Shown here one piece after another: positions 39,438 to 54,135 of a stretch of 64,000 bases of DNA. Source of the DNA: Pristiophorus japonicus (Eukaryota); the NCBI RefSeq assembly GCF_044704955.1, contig NC_091980.1, positions 128,216,001 through 128,280,000 on the forward strand. The letters run 5' to 3'. Position 1 is the stretch's first letter. Each line of letters starts with the position of its first letter. A model generated the notes under the pieces. It ran no database searches, was not told the DNA's origin, and worked only from the letters and a program-made list of their open reading frames with translations. The position numbers were made by a program, and so were the translations under genes.

Positions 39438-42400
39438 TGGAATAAAGAGCTTCATCTCGTGGACTACTGCTCCACCTAGTGGACTACTGTGGTAATGCAA
39501 CCATTGCTGGAACTACAATAAAAGAATCAGGTGACAGGTCACCTGACAAGTTCCTATGTTGAACCATCTTGTAAGTGTGTGTTTGTGATGTTGTAGAGAA
39601 TATATCACATTGGCTATGAAGGATAAGATTCTTGGATACCCTAGCTGAAATTTTTGTTGGTGAATGATTTCAGCCAAACAGCAGAGAGACGAGAGAGGTC
39701 CTTTGTGTTAACAACTAAACATACAAGGTAAATTACAAGCACACTAGGATGAAATGAAGAGTCCAGATGGCTGCGCCTATGGGTATAATAGGGCGCTTGG
39801 GTGAATTCCATTAAGACCAAGAGACTTTTGGAGTGTATGTGGAGCGGCTAGAAATGTTTTTTTTACTGCAAATAGTATCATCAAAGTCCCCGAGGATGAA
39901 AATCATAACCGGGTTGTTTTAGAAAGAAAACGGGATATTTTCCTGACTGAAGCAAGCCCCTGGGCGTATGAAACCCTGAAAATGTTGCTTCTTCCCGTCA
40001 AGCCATAGAACGTATCACTTATGGAAATTAGCACTGCAGTCCAGAGCCACTGGAAATTGCTGAATGTTACCGTTTTGGGAAACAAGATCAATTCATTGAC
40101 GAAAGTATCAGTGAGTACATTGTAGCATTAAAAAAGCTATCCATTTACTATCATATCAGAAACTTTCAGGACCGAGCATTGTGTTACCACTTTGTTTGTG
40201 GAATGAAAAATGAAGTGATCAGAAGAAAGTTGTTGACAACCCCTAACTTGTCAGACAGCTATGTCAATGGATATGGCCAGCTAATATTCCATGAATTTTG
40301 TATCATTTCCAGTCGTCGGACAACTGAGGGTGAAACACTTACAGGTTAAAAGTGAAAGGCAGTTGGGCCCCAACGTCTCAGCAACTGGCCAAGTTAACAG
40401 AGCATTGAAATCGTGCTATCGGTGCCTGGGACAACACATTGATCAAAGTTGTCCGTATGTGAAGGCAGAGTGTTTCTTCTGCAAGAAAACTGTGCATCTT
40501 GCAAAGGCATGCTGATTGAAGAGTACATCAACTTTCAAGGCTATAAGTAAAAATCCCCAGAGATGACAGAGAATTGAAGAAAAGCAACAGGATGAAGAGA
40601 TACATGTCATCAGGGGCATGAGGATATCTAACAGCAATTCGGGAAGTATCCTCATCCAAGTAGACATTGTAGGAACCAGGATACCCATGGAAATCGACAC
40701 TGGTGAATCCGTGAGTGTAGTACGGGAATCACTAAATCTTGACAAGTTGAGTGATTTTCCACAGTCAAAGCTAAAACTGCAAGGCTAATCAGGAGAGAAA
40801 ATCTCTGTGGTAGGACGTATCAACGTACCGGTGAAATACAAAGATCAATTTCAGAGCTTTCCTCTATTTGTAGAGGCAGGAGACAAGCCTGCCTTACTAG
40901 ATAGAAATTGTTTGGGATCACTGAAGCTGGATTGGAATGAGATTTTTCTTGTTGAAACGAGATTTGCATTCAAGGAAGGTGTTTTGTGAAACAGGCAGTC
41001 CGATCCATGATCTCAAGGCAAGTGTCAGGGTACAGAAGGACGCTAGACCAGTTTACTGCAAACTATGTCCCGTACCATACGCACTCAAGGAGAAAGTTGA
41101 GCAAGAACTCAAAAGACAAGAAATTGAGACCATTATCTCGAAGGTAGATCTATGTAATTGGGCTACACCCATTGTTGTTCTACCTAAGTCAGATGGTAAG
41201 GTAAGGTTGTGTGGTGATTATAAAGTAACCGTAAACCATGTTCTCAAGGGTAAGCTCCCAAATACATTGCCAAATGTAGAAGATTTGTTCACAATGCTGA
41301 CAGATGATCAGATCTTCTCAAAGTTAGATCTCACAAATGCCTACATTCAACGTGAACTCGATGAGGAATCCAAGTCATGGTTGATTATAAATACTCATCT
41401 AGGCCTAGATCAATTTAATAGGCTACCATTTGGAGTGTCTTCTGCCCCCACCACATTCCAAGGAGTGATGAACCAGATTTTGCAAGGCATTGAAGAGGTA
41501 GTATGTTATTAAGATGACATACTCATTTCAGCAACAAACAGGCAAATCTATAATAACGTATTGAATGAAGTGCTCAAATGGCTAGAGAAGCACAGAGTAC
41601 GAGTGGCTGCGCACAAGTGTGAGTTATTTCAAAGCTCAGTGGCGCACTTAAGGCACAGAGTCGACAAAGATGGTTTGTATGAAACCAAGGGAAAGCTGGG
41701 TGCAATTAGAAATGCACCCACTCCCAAGAATGTCAGTGAACTTCGATCATTTTTGGGTCTTTTGAGCTATTATGGGAAGTTCGTACCAAATTTGGCTACA
41801 GTGTTACATCCACTGAATGAGCTGTTGGCTCACTATGCCGTACCTAAGGAGATCAAATGGGCATGTGATGCCTCTCAGTATGGAGTTGGTGCAGTGATCT
41901 CTCATGTACTACATCGTGGGGCGGATTACTTTTGCTTCACGCATTCTTTGTGCCAGTGAGCGTAAATATGTGCTAAATCGAAAGGGAAGTTTTGGCATTA
42001 ATTTCTGGGGTCAAGAAGTACCACAAATACTTGTATGTTTGTAAGTTTATCATTACAGACCATAAGCCTCGGACAGTCATCCTCCATCAAAAGTCCCCAA
42101 TTCCAACCTTAGCTGCAGCCCGAATGCAGAGATGGGCTTTGATTCTGTCAGCAGATATGTATGACATTGAATACAGATGATCAGCTGATCACAGTAGTGC
42201 TAATGCTATGTCTAGATTACCTTCCCCATCAGAAGTTACAGCCAATAGGGAAGAAGTGTTCTATATTTCATACATTGATGAAGTGAAATTCACAGCTGAA
42301 GAGACTGGTAGAACAACCAAATGTGTCTCAGTTATGTCAAAGTTGTTTGATTACATCGCAAATCAGTGAAAGATATTCATCCATACTTCGCTCGTAGGAT

Positions 42401-43941
42401 TGTATTATCAGTGGATAAAGATTGTATCATGTGGGACACAAGAGCGAATATACCAAATAAATTCAGGTCCAGATCATTAGGAGATCTTCATGACCAGCAC
42501 CTGGGAATGTGCTTGACCAAGAATTTTGCACGCAGTTATTATTATTGTGGCCAGATCTAGATAAAGATATAGAGTACATCATTAGTCAGTTTACAACATG
42601 TCAATCGGTAAGCATGAAACCACCATCAGTACTATTACAGCGAAGGAAATGGCCTCCCAGGGTGTGGCAAAGGTTCCATATCGATTTTGCTGAGCTAGAA
42701 GGAGAGCAATTGTTCATTGTGATTGAAAGCCATTCGAAGCAGGTCGAGGTATTTCCAATGTTTAAAATAACAATAAAACAGTAGACAATTTGCAAATATA
42801 ATTTTCTTCTTATGGCCTCCCAGAAGAAATTGTGTCTGATAATGCACCACAATTTTGTTTAGAAGAATTTGCATAGTGCACGAGCAGAAATGGTGTGAAA
42901 TATATCAATGTTCCACCATACCACCGTGCTTCAAATGGTGCAGCAGAGCGCACATTACAAATTGTAAAATGTGCCCTCATCAAACAAATGTTTTATTCAA
43001 ATCCAAACAAACAGTAGCTGTAGTTGGACCACAAATTGGCTAATTTTCCAATTACTTATTGTAATACTCATCTAACTACTGGTAGAACACCAACAAAGTT
43101 GTTTCTCAAACGACAACAAAGAACCAGGTTCTCGTTGTTAAAGCCAAACTTAGCAGTGTCAGTAGAAGAGAAACAATTAAGACAGAAAGAGCATCATGAT
43201 AGAGGTAGAGTAAGAGAGAGAAGTGTGAAATTAAATCAGAAAGTGAGAGTGAAGAACCATCACCATAAATGGTTAAAGTGGTTACCATGAAGAGTGGTGA
43301 AGATATGTGGTCCTCGCACATATTTGATCAAGATTTTTGATCATGGAAAGGTTAGATTTTTTCACATTGATCGTATTGTACCTACAGATATGGAAGCAGT
43401 TGAAAGTTGGAATGATTTGATTAATTCCGACTCATCGGATAGTTTTGTTACAAGTAGAGTATCAATAGCAAATCCTGCATCAGATGGACTGGAAACAAGC
43501 CCAAGAGAAAATCAAAATTTAAGTTTGAGTCTGAGTCAGGCAGACAAACAGTCTGAAGTTGTAGAGTTCAAATGTAGATCAAGGGCATCCCTTGGAGGAA
43601 AACTTTCCTCAGGCTTAGCCTAGAATGAATCTAAGTTCGACACCATGTTTGCTAAGTTCTGTTCGAGAAACAGGTATCCTCTTCGAAACCGAGAAGAATA
43701 TAAATCAATATATTTTGTTATGTATAACCATGCAAGTTTTGTATGATGATTATTTTGTTATAATTACTTCTTCATTAAGGAGGGGAGAAATGTAATAAAG
43801 AACTCCATCAAGTGGACTAGTGTGGTAATGCAGCCATTGCTGGAAATACAATAAAAGCAACAGGTGACAGGTCACCTGACATGTTGCTGTGTTGAAGCCA
43901 TCTTAAGCGTGTGTTTGTGATGTTGTAGAGACGATACCACA
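39438..43941 (+). mobile_element. Gypsy LTR retrotransposon C, decayed; LTRs 39438-39609 and 43791-43941
   Basis: TSD GAGGT/GAGAT, PPT AAGGAGGGGAGAAA, gag CYRC..H / CFFC..HLAKAC, WATPIV...RLCGDYK, ACDASQYG, integrase HIDFAE. Confidence 0.9.
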
Positions 43942-45080
43942 GAGATTAGGCTGACTGGCCTGTAATTACTCAGTCAATCCATTTCTTTCCTTTTAAACAG
44001 ATATACATTAGCAGTCCTCCAGTACTTTATCACACCTGTAGCCAGAGAGGACTGGAAAATGATGATCTTATCCAGGCTGAGCTTTAATTAATAGTATTTC
44101 TCTGTGGAGGAGGAGAGATGGACCCCCCTTGCCGTGGACAGCAGGCTCAAATCCAGGCTGCATCTTTGAACATGACAGGAATAATTTTGACTTTAAAAAA
44201 ATTGATGCAAGGGTTTGGAAATTTACAAATGAGATGCCTCTTAAATTTAGTTTTCACACTAATTTCTGTGAGGTATATTTAAACTGGTGGTGATATCCAC
44301 AACCTGACTCTCCACTGACAGGCTGTGGGCACATTCCTCAGCTGCAGCAACCCTTCATTGCTTGTCCCTCCTTGTATTGGGAATGAATACATTTGGAAGG
44401 GGAATTATAATTTGAGCTTCCTTACATACATACATACCTGTGAGTAGTGCAGAGTGTTTCCTATAATTGGAGCAGTGTTGCAAATCCACCTGTGTACAAT
44501 TCATCCAAATCCAAATTGCCCCATTGCAAACACACTGATGGGGAACATTAGTGTGTGTAAATTAGCAACTAAAAAAAAACAAAACAGTGCCTGAACAGCA
44601 AAAGAACTTCAATGGCTTTGAAGTCCTTTGGGCTGTCCTGAATGAAAGGCAGCAAATCAAGCAAAATTTGATTAACCTTGACTCAGGCGCTCACACATTT
44701 GGCTCTGCAGTTTCAGTCAACTATGATCTTATGGAATGGTGGAACAAGCTCAAGGTGCCATTGGGCATGCTCCTACTTCTGTTTTTCGGTATTAGCATGG
44801 AGTGGGGTGAACATTGACCCGATATATTCAAGTGATTATATAGATAAACAGTTAACCATTAGCACAGTCCTGAGTTCAGAGCGAGGAACACATGTCTGAG
44901 TATCCAACTCAACACATGGATATACACCAGAGGAAAAATAAATTTCATAGGACTTAATCTATATAAAAAAAAACTGTTAAGCAACTCAGTCTTGTTTGAT
45001 GTAAACCACTTTTGTTAATTGAAAAATAAACAACCATCTCAAATATACATGATGACAAAATCCAGTCCAATGTTGAACAT

Positions 45081-45086
45081 TTTATT
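45081..45086 (-). terminator. Polyadenylation signal, ferritin copy 3
   Basis: AATAAA at the position homologous to copy 2. Confidence 0.75.
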
Positions 45087-45220
45087 GACAGTTATGTTAC
45101 ATTTCACATCAAGCACACAGGTCACACAGCTCTTCGTACAAAGTCATAAGCCCCAATTGCCGACAGGACAGGAGTCTAAATTTTAGGAATACAAGTACTA
45201 AACAAATCCCGTCAGTCAGT

Positions 45221-47090
<1,870 letters not shown>

Positions 47091-47107
47091 CTTGATTCTT
47101 TAATACA

Positions 47108-47136
47108 AATCTAAACTTTGTTGAAACAACAAACTG
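47108..47136 (-). promoter_or_regulatory. Degenerate iron-responsive element, copy 3
   Basis: GTTTGTTGTTTCAA-CAAAGT-TTAGA. Confidence 0.6.
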
Positions 47137-47156
47137 GGATGTAACTTACCTTAAAT

Positions 47157-47430
47157 GCCTGTATTTATGCTTTGGTATAATCCAGGGTGTGGCAGTATAG
47201 ATCATGAGTGACAGCCCTCAATACCCAATCAGAAGTTGCAGCCTCTCAGAGCACCAATCAACTAAAGGGATAGGGGAGATGGACTCCCAGAGCCAGTCAG
47301 ATCTTTGAAGAATGAGCATCATTGGCTGACAACTCAATGAGGATCAAAATTGTCCGAACTTTCCTCAAACAGAGCTCAGATATCCAGAATCACAGGTTTA
47401 AATGAATCCTCTACTCTTTAGGCAAATCAA
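47157..47430 (-). promoter_or_regulatory. Ferritin copy 3 promoter (CATAAATA 47162-47169, CCAAT boxes)
   Basis: Homologous to the copy 1/2 promoter. Confidence 0.75.
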
Positions 47431-47869
47431 TTGGGAAAATCTTAAACCATAATTGCCCCCTTTTTAAAGGGGAATGAACAATAAATTCAAATGTGACAAA
47501 AGTAACATAAAAACTTTTCAAATTATAATTTAGTTCCCTGTATCCACCCTGCACTCCAGTCCCTCTGGTGCACACCTGTCATGGAAAGCCTCCAACATAC
47601 CAGCAGACAACGCTCCAGGGACAGCCGGGGCATGGACATAGCTGCGGAAGAGAGGCAGGCAGACGGAGCGAACTCCCCATCGACCGTGCTCTGCCTGGAC
47701 CAGGTAATGACCACCTTGAAAGGTTAATTGAATCCTCTGTTGTTTATGAGTCAGTGTCTTTTTAATAGTTCTGGATGCTTCAGTGCGTGTATGAGGATCA
47801 CCATCGTTCATTGGGTTGGTCATGTGCAGGTATCTGTGGGTTTGTTGTAACATCGAAACATAGTGGTTG

Positions 47870-50800
47870 TGGGCCCAATTTTGGCACGTGATATCAAGAA
47901 TTGGCTGAGTGCACTGGAGATAGAAAAGATTATGGGCTGCGACAACATTCCGGTTGTCGTGCTGAAGACTTGTGTTCCAGAACTAGCCGTGCCTCGAGCC
48001 AAGCTGTTTCAGTACAGCTACAACACTGGCATTTACCCGACGAAGTGGAAAACCACAAAAATCAGGACAAAGCAAATTCGGCCAAATACTTCCCCCATCA
48101 GTCTACTCCCAATTATCAGCAAAGTGATGCAAGGTGTCATCAATTGTGCTAACAAAGTGTTATTTACTCACCAACAACCTGATCACTGATGCTCATTTGG
48201 GTTCTGTCAGGACCACTGAGCTCCAGACCTCATTACAGCATTGGTTCAAACATGGACAAAAGAGCTAAATTCCAGGGAGAGGCCATTCGGCCCATCGAAT
48301 CTGTGTCAGCTCATTCAACTATTGAATCTGTTTCCACCACCCTATCAGGCAGAGCATTCCAAATCCTAATCACACGTTGAGTTAAAAAATGTTTCTTCAT
48401 GTCGCCTCTGGTTCTTTTGCTAATCACCTTAATTCTGTGCCCTCTAATAATTGACCCTTCAGCCATTGGAAATAGTCTCTATTGATTGACAGAGCTAAGC
48501 GATCCCACAATAAATGGATCAGATGAAAGCTTTGCAGTCCTGCCACGTCCAGTCATGAATGATGGTGGATAATTAAACAACTAACTGGAGGAAGAGGCTC
48601 CATTAATATCCCCATCCTCAATGATGGTGGAGCCCAGCACACGAGCGCAAAAGACAAGCCTGAGCATTTGCGACTACCTTCAGCCGGAAGTGACTCATGG
48701 ATGATCCATTTCAGCCTCCTGCTGAGGTCCCTACCATCACAGAAGCCAATCTTCAGACAATTCAATTCACTTCATGTGATATCAAGAAACTGCTGAGCTC
48801 ACTGGATACAGCAAGAACTAACCGTGCCTCTAGCCAAGCTGTTCCAAATACAGCTACAACACTGACATCTACCCGACAATGTGTAAAACTGCCCAGGTAT
48901 GTTATGCCCACAAAAGCCTGGACAAATCTAATCCAGCCAATTACTGCCCCATCAGTCTTCTCTCACCCATCAGCAAAGTGATGGAAGGTGTAGTCGACAG
49001 TGCTGTCAAGCAGTACTTACTCACCAATGGAAGACCAGCAGGAAGAGCAGTGCAAGGAAGGTAGTACAGGGGTCCCCTGCGGTCATCCCCGTGCAAAACA
49101 GATACACCGCTTTCGGTACTGTTGAGGAGGATGGCTCATCAGGGGAGGGCAGCAGCAGCCAAGTTCATGGCACCGTGGCTGGCTCTGTTGCACAGAAGGG
49201 TGGGAAAAAGAGTGGGAGAGCTTTAGTGATAGGGGACTCTATTGTAAGGGGAATAGATAGGAGTTTCTGCGGCCGCAACCGAGAATCCAGGATGGTATGT
49301 TGCATCCCTGGTGCAAGGGTCAAGGATGTCTCTGAGCGGTTGAAGGACATTTTGAAGGGGGTGGGTGAACAGCCATTTGTCATGACAGCTCTTTTGCTAA
49401 TCGAGAGAAAAACGAGACAAGAGATGTCTCGGAGCGGCTGCACAGCAATCTGGAGAGGGAGGGTGAACAGCCAGTTGTCGTGGTACATGTAGGTACCATC
49501 GATATAGGTAAGAAGCGGGAAGAGGTCCTACAAGCTGAATTTAGGGAGCTAGGAGTTAAATTTAAAAAGTAGGACCTCAAAGGTAGTAATCTCTGGATTG
49601 CCACCAGTGCCACGTGCTAATCAGAGTAGAGGGAGCAGCATAGTTAGAATAAATACGTGGCTTGAGCAGTGGTGCAAGAGGGAGGGATTCAAATTCCTGG
49701 GACATTGGAACCAGTTCTGGGGGAAGTGGGACCTGTACAAAAGGGACGGTCTGCACTTGGGCAGGACTGGAACTGATGTACTGGGGGTAACATTTGCTAA
49801 TGCAGTTCGGGAGTGTTTAAACTAATATAGCAGTGGGATGGGAATTGATGCAGCAAGATAGGGCGAAGTAATATGGAGTCAGAAACAGATGGTAGAAAGG
49901 TAAAAAGCAACAGTGGAAGGCCGAGTAAACAAAGGCAAGAAACAAAAAGGGCCACACTACATCATAATTCTAAAAGGACAAAGGGTGTTAAAAAAACAAG
50001 CCTGAAGGCTTTGTGTCTTAATGCAAGGAGTATCCACAATAAGGTGGATGAATTAACTGCCCAAATAGATGTTAACGGATATGATTTGAATGGGATTACA
50101 GAGACGTGGCTCCAGGATGATCAGGGCTGGGAACACAACATCCATGGGTATTCAACATTCAGGAAGGATAGAATAAAAGGAAAAGGAGGTGGGGTAGCAT
50201 TGCTGGTTAAAGAGGAGATTAATGCAATAGTTAGGAAGGACATTAGCTTGGATGATGTGGAATCTATATGGGTAGAGCTGCAGAACATCAAAGGGCAAAA
50301 AACATTAGTGGGAGTTGTGTACAGACCTCCAAACAGTAGTAGTGATGTTGGGGAGGACATCAAACAGGAAATTAGGGGTGCATGCAATAAAGTGGCAGCA
50401 GTTATCATGAGTGACTTTAATATGCATATAGATTGGGCTAACCAAACTGGAAGCAATACGGTGGAGGAGGATTTCCTGGAGTGCATAAGGGATGGTTTTC
50501 TAAACCAATATGTCGAGGAACCAACTAGGGGGGAGGCCATCTTAGACTGGGTGTTGTGTAATGAGAGAGGATTAATTAGCAATCTTGTTGTGCGAGGCCC
50601 CTTGGGAAAGAATGACCAATATATGGTGTAATTCTAAATTAGGATGGAGAATGAAACAGTTAATTCAGAGACCATGGTCCAGAACTTAAAGAAGGGTAAC
50701 TTTGAAGGTATGAGGCATGAATTGGCTAGGATAGATTGGTGAATGATACTGAAGGGGTTGACTGTGGATGGGCAATGGCAGACATTTAGAGACCGCATGG

Positions 50801-53800
50801 ATGAACTACAACCATTGTACATCCCTGTCTGGCGTAAAAATAAAAAAGGGAAGGTGGCTCAATCGTGGCTATCAAGGGAAATCAGGGATAATATTAAAGC
50901 CAAGGAAGTGGCATACAAATTGGCCAGAAATTGCAGTGAACCTGGGGATTGGGAGAAATTTAGAACTCAGCAGAGGAGGACAAAGTGTTTGGATTAGGAC
51001 AGGGAAAATAGAGTACGAGAGGAAGCTTGCAGGGAACATTAAGACGGACTGAAAAGTTTCTATAGATATGTAAAGAGAAAAAGGTTAGGACAGACAAACG
51101 TATGTCCCATGCAGTCAGAATCAGGGGAAGTCATAACGGGGAACAAAGAAATGGCAGACCAATTGAACAAGTACTTTGGTTCGGTATTCACTAAGGAGGA
51201 CACAAACAACCTTCCGGATATAAAAGGGGTCAGAGGGTCTAGTAAGAAGGAGGAACTGAGGGAAATCCTTATTAGTCGGGAAATTGTGTTGGGGAAATTG
51301 ATGGGATTGAAGGCCGATAAATCCCCAGGGCCTGATGGACTGCATCCGAGAGTACTTAAGGAGGTGGCCTTGGAAATAGCGGATGCATTGACAGTCATTT
51401 TCCAACATTCCATAGAGTCTGGATCAGTTCCTATCGAGTGGAGGGTAGCCAATGTAACCCCACTTTTTAAAAAAGGATAGAGAGAGAAAACAGGGAATTA
51501 TAGACCGGTCAGCCTGACATCAGTAGTGGGTAAAATGATGGAATCAATTATTAAGGATGTCATAGCAGCACATTTGGAAAGAGGTGACATGATAGGTCCA
51601 AGTCAGCATGGATTTGTGAAAGGGAAATCATGCTTGAAAAATCTTCTGGAATTTTTTGAGGATGTTTCCAGTAGAGTGGACAAGGGAGAACCAGTTGACG
51701 TGGTATATTTGGACTTTCAGAAGACTTTCGACAAGGTCCCACACAAGAGATTAATGTGCAAAGTTAAAGCACATGGGATTGGGGGTAGTGTGCTGACATG
51801 GATTGAGAACTGGTTGTCAGACAGGAAGCAAAGAGTAGGAGTAAATGGGTACTTTTCAGAATGGCAGGCAGTGACTATTGGGGTAGCGCAAGGTTCTGTG
51901 CTGGGGCCCCAGCTGTTTACATTGTACATTCATGATTTGGATCAGGGGATTAAATGTAGTATCTCCAAATTTGCAGATGACACGAAGTTGGGTGGCAGTG
52001 TGAGCTGCGAGGAGGATGCTATGAGGCTGCAGAGTTAATTAGATAGGTTAGGTGAGTGGGCAAATGCATGGCAGATGGAGTATAATGTAGATAAATGTGA
52101 GGTTATCCACTTTGGTGGTATAAACAGAGAGACAGACTATTATCTGAATGGTGGCAGATTAGGAAAAGGGGAGGTGCAACGAGACCTGGGTGTCATGGTA
52201 AATCAGTCATTGAAGGTTGGCATGCAGGTACAGCAGGCGGTTAAGAAAGCAAATGGCCTTCATAGCGAGGGGATTTGAGTACAGGGGCAGGGAGGTGTTG
52301 CAACAGTTGTACAGGACCTTGGTGAGGCCACACCTGAAGTATTGTGTACAGTTTTGGTCTCCAAACTTGAGGAAGGACATTCTTGCTATTGAGGGAGTGC
52401 AGCGAAGGTTCACCAGACTGATTCCCGGGATGGCGGGGCTGACATATCAAGAAAGAATGGATCAACTGGGCTTTAATCACTGGAGTTCAGAAGAATGAGA
52501 GGGGATCTCATAGAAACGTTTAAAATTCTGACGGGTTTAGACAGGTTAGATGCAGGAAGAATGTTCCCAATGTTGGGGAAGTCCAGAACCAGGGGTCACA
52601 GTCCAAGGATAAGGAGTAAGCCATTTAGGACCGAGATGAGGAGAAACTTCTTCAGCCAGAGTGTGGTGAACCTGTGGAATTCTCTACCACAGAAAGTTGT
52701 TGAGGCCAATTCATTAAATATATTCAAAAAGGAGTTAGATGTAGTACTTACTACTAGGGGGATCAAGGGATATGGCGAGAAAGCAGAAATGGGGTACTGA
52801 AGTTGCATGTTCAGCCATGAACTCATTGAATGGCGGTGCAGGCTCGAAGGGCCAAATGGCCTACACCTGCACCTATTTTCTATGTTTCTATGTTTCGATA
52901 TTCTGTACACTGATGCTCAGTTTAGGTTCGCCCAGGACCACTCATCTGCAGTACTCATTGCAGCCTTGGTTCAAACATGGACAAAAGAGCAGAATTCTAT
53001 GTGAGGTGAGAGTGATGGTCCTTGACATCAAGGCAGCATTTGACCGTGTGTGGCATCAAGGAGCCTTGGTAAAATTGAAGTCAATGGGAATCAGGGCGAA
53101 AACTCTCCACTGGCCGGAGTCATACCTAACACCAAGGAAGATGGTTGTCAATTATCTCAGCCACAGGACATCGCTGCAGGAGTTCCTCAGGACAGTGTCC
53201 TGGGCCCAACCATCTACAACTGCTTCTTCAATGACCATCCATCCTTCATAAGGTTAGAAGTGGAGATGTTTGTTGATGATTGCATAGCGTTCAGTTCCAT
53301 TCGCAACTCCTCAGAAAATGAAGCAGTCCATGGCAAATGCAGCAACCTGGATGAGATTTAGTGTGAGGCTGATAAATGTCAAGTAACATTTGCACCACAC
53401 AAGTTTCAGGCAATGACTACATCCAACAAGCGAGAGTCTAAACACCTGCCCTGAACATTCAAGAGCATTACTAACACAGAATCGCCCACCGTCAACACCT
53501 GGGAGTCACCATTGACCAGAAACGTACCTGGACCCGTCACATAAATACTGTGGTAACAAGAGCGGGTCAGAGGCTGTGAATTTTATGGCAAGTGTCTCAC
53601 CTCCTGACTCCCCAAAGCCTTTCCACCATCTACAAGGCACAAGTCAGGAGTGTGATGGAATACTCTCCACTTGCCTGGATGATTGTAGCTACTATAAAAC
53701 TCAAGAAGCTCGACACCATTCATGACAAAGTAGCCCACTTGATTGGCACATTCAACATTCACTGCCTCCACCACCAGCGTACCATGGCTGCACCATCTAC

Positions 53801-54135
53801 AAGATGCAATGCAGGAATCACCAAGGTTTCTTCAGCACCACCTGCCAACCCGCGAACTCTAACAACTCGAAGGACAAGGGCTGCAGGCACATGGGAACAC
53901 CGTATTCCCATCCAAGTTACAAACCATCCTGACTTGGAAATATATCGCCATTCCTTCATCGTTGCTGGTACAAAATCATGGAACTCTCTCCCTAACAGCA
54001 CTGTAGGAGTACCTTCACCACAAGGACTGTAGTGGTTCAAGAAGGCAGCTCACCACAACCTTCTCAAGGGCAATTAGTGATGAGCAATAAAAGCTGGCCT
54101 TGCCAGTGATGCCCACATTCCGCAATGAATAAAAA
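47870..54135 (+). mobile_element. Paralog of LINE 12085-15122, rearranged and interrupted by CR1 insertions
   Basis: Pieces 47870-48276, 48488-49028, 52908-54135 match ~13275-15122; same 3' junction with the unknown segment. Confidence 0.85.
49029..52905 (+). mobile_element. CR1 LINE, near full length (ORF1 SGNH esterase, ORF2 EN-RT), few disablements
   Basis: ALVIGDSIVRGID...DGLHL, CLNARSI...GITETW, YLDFQKTFDKVPH...QGSVLGP...KFADD, (TTCTATGT)n tail; absent from the paralogous LINE. Confidence 0.93.

Larger units (their letters stand above)
37347..44065 (-). mobile_element. CR1 LINE 3' half, interrupted by a solo LTR and Gypsy C
   Basis: [49 protein letters not shown]...SQHGF; collinear pieces 37347-38391, 39114-39437, 43942-44065. 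Confidence 0.85.
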
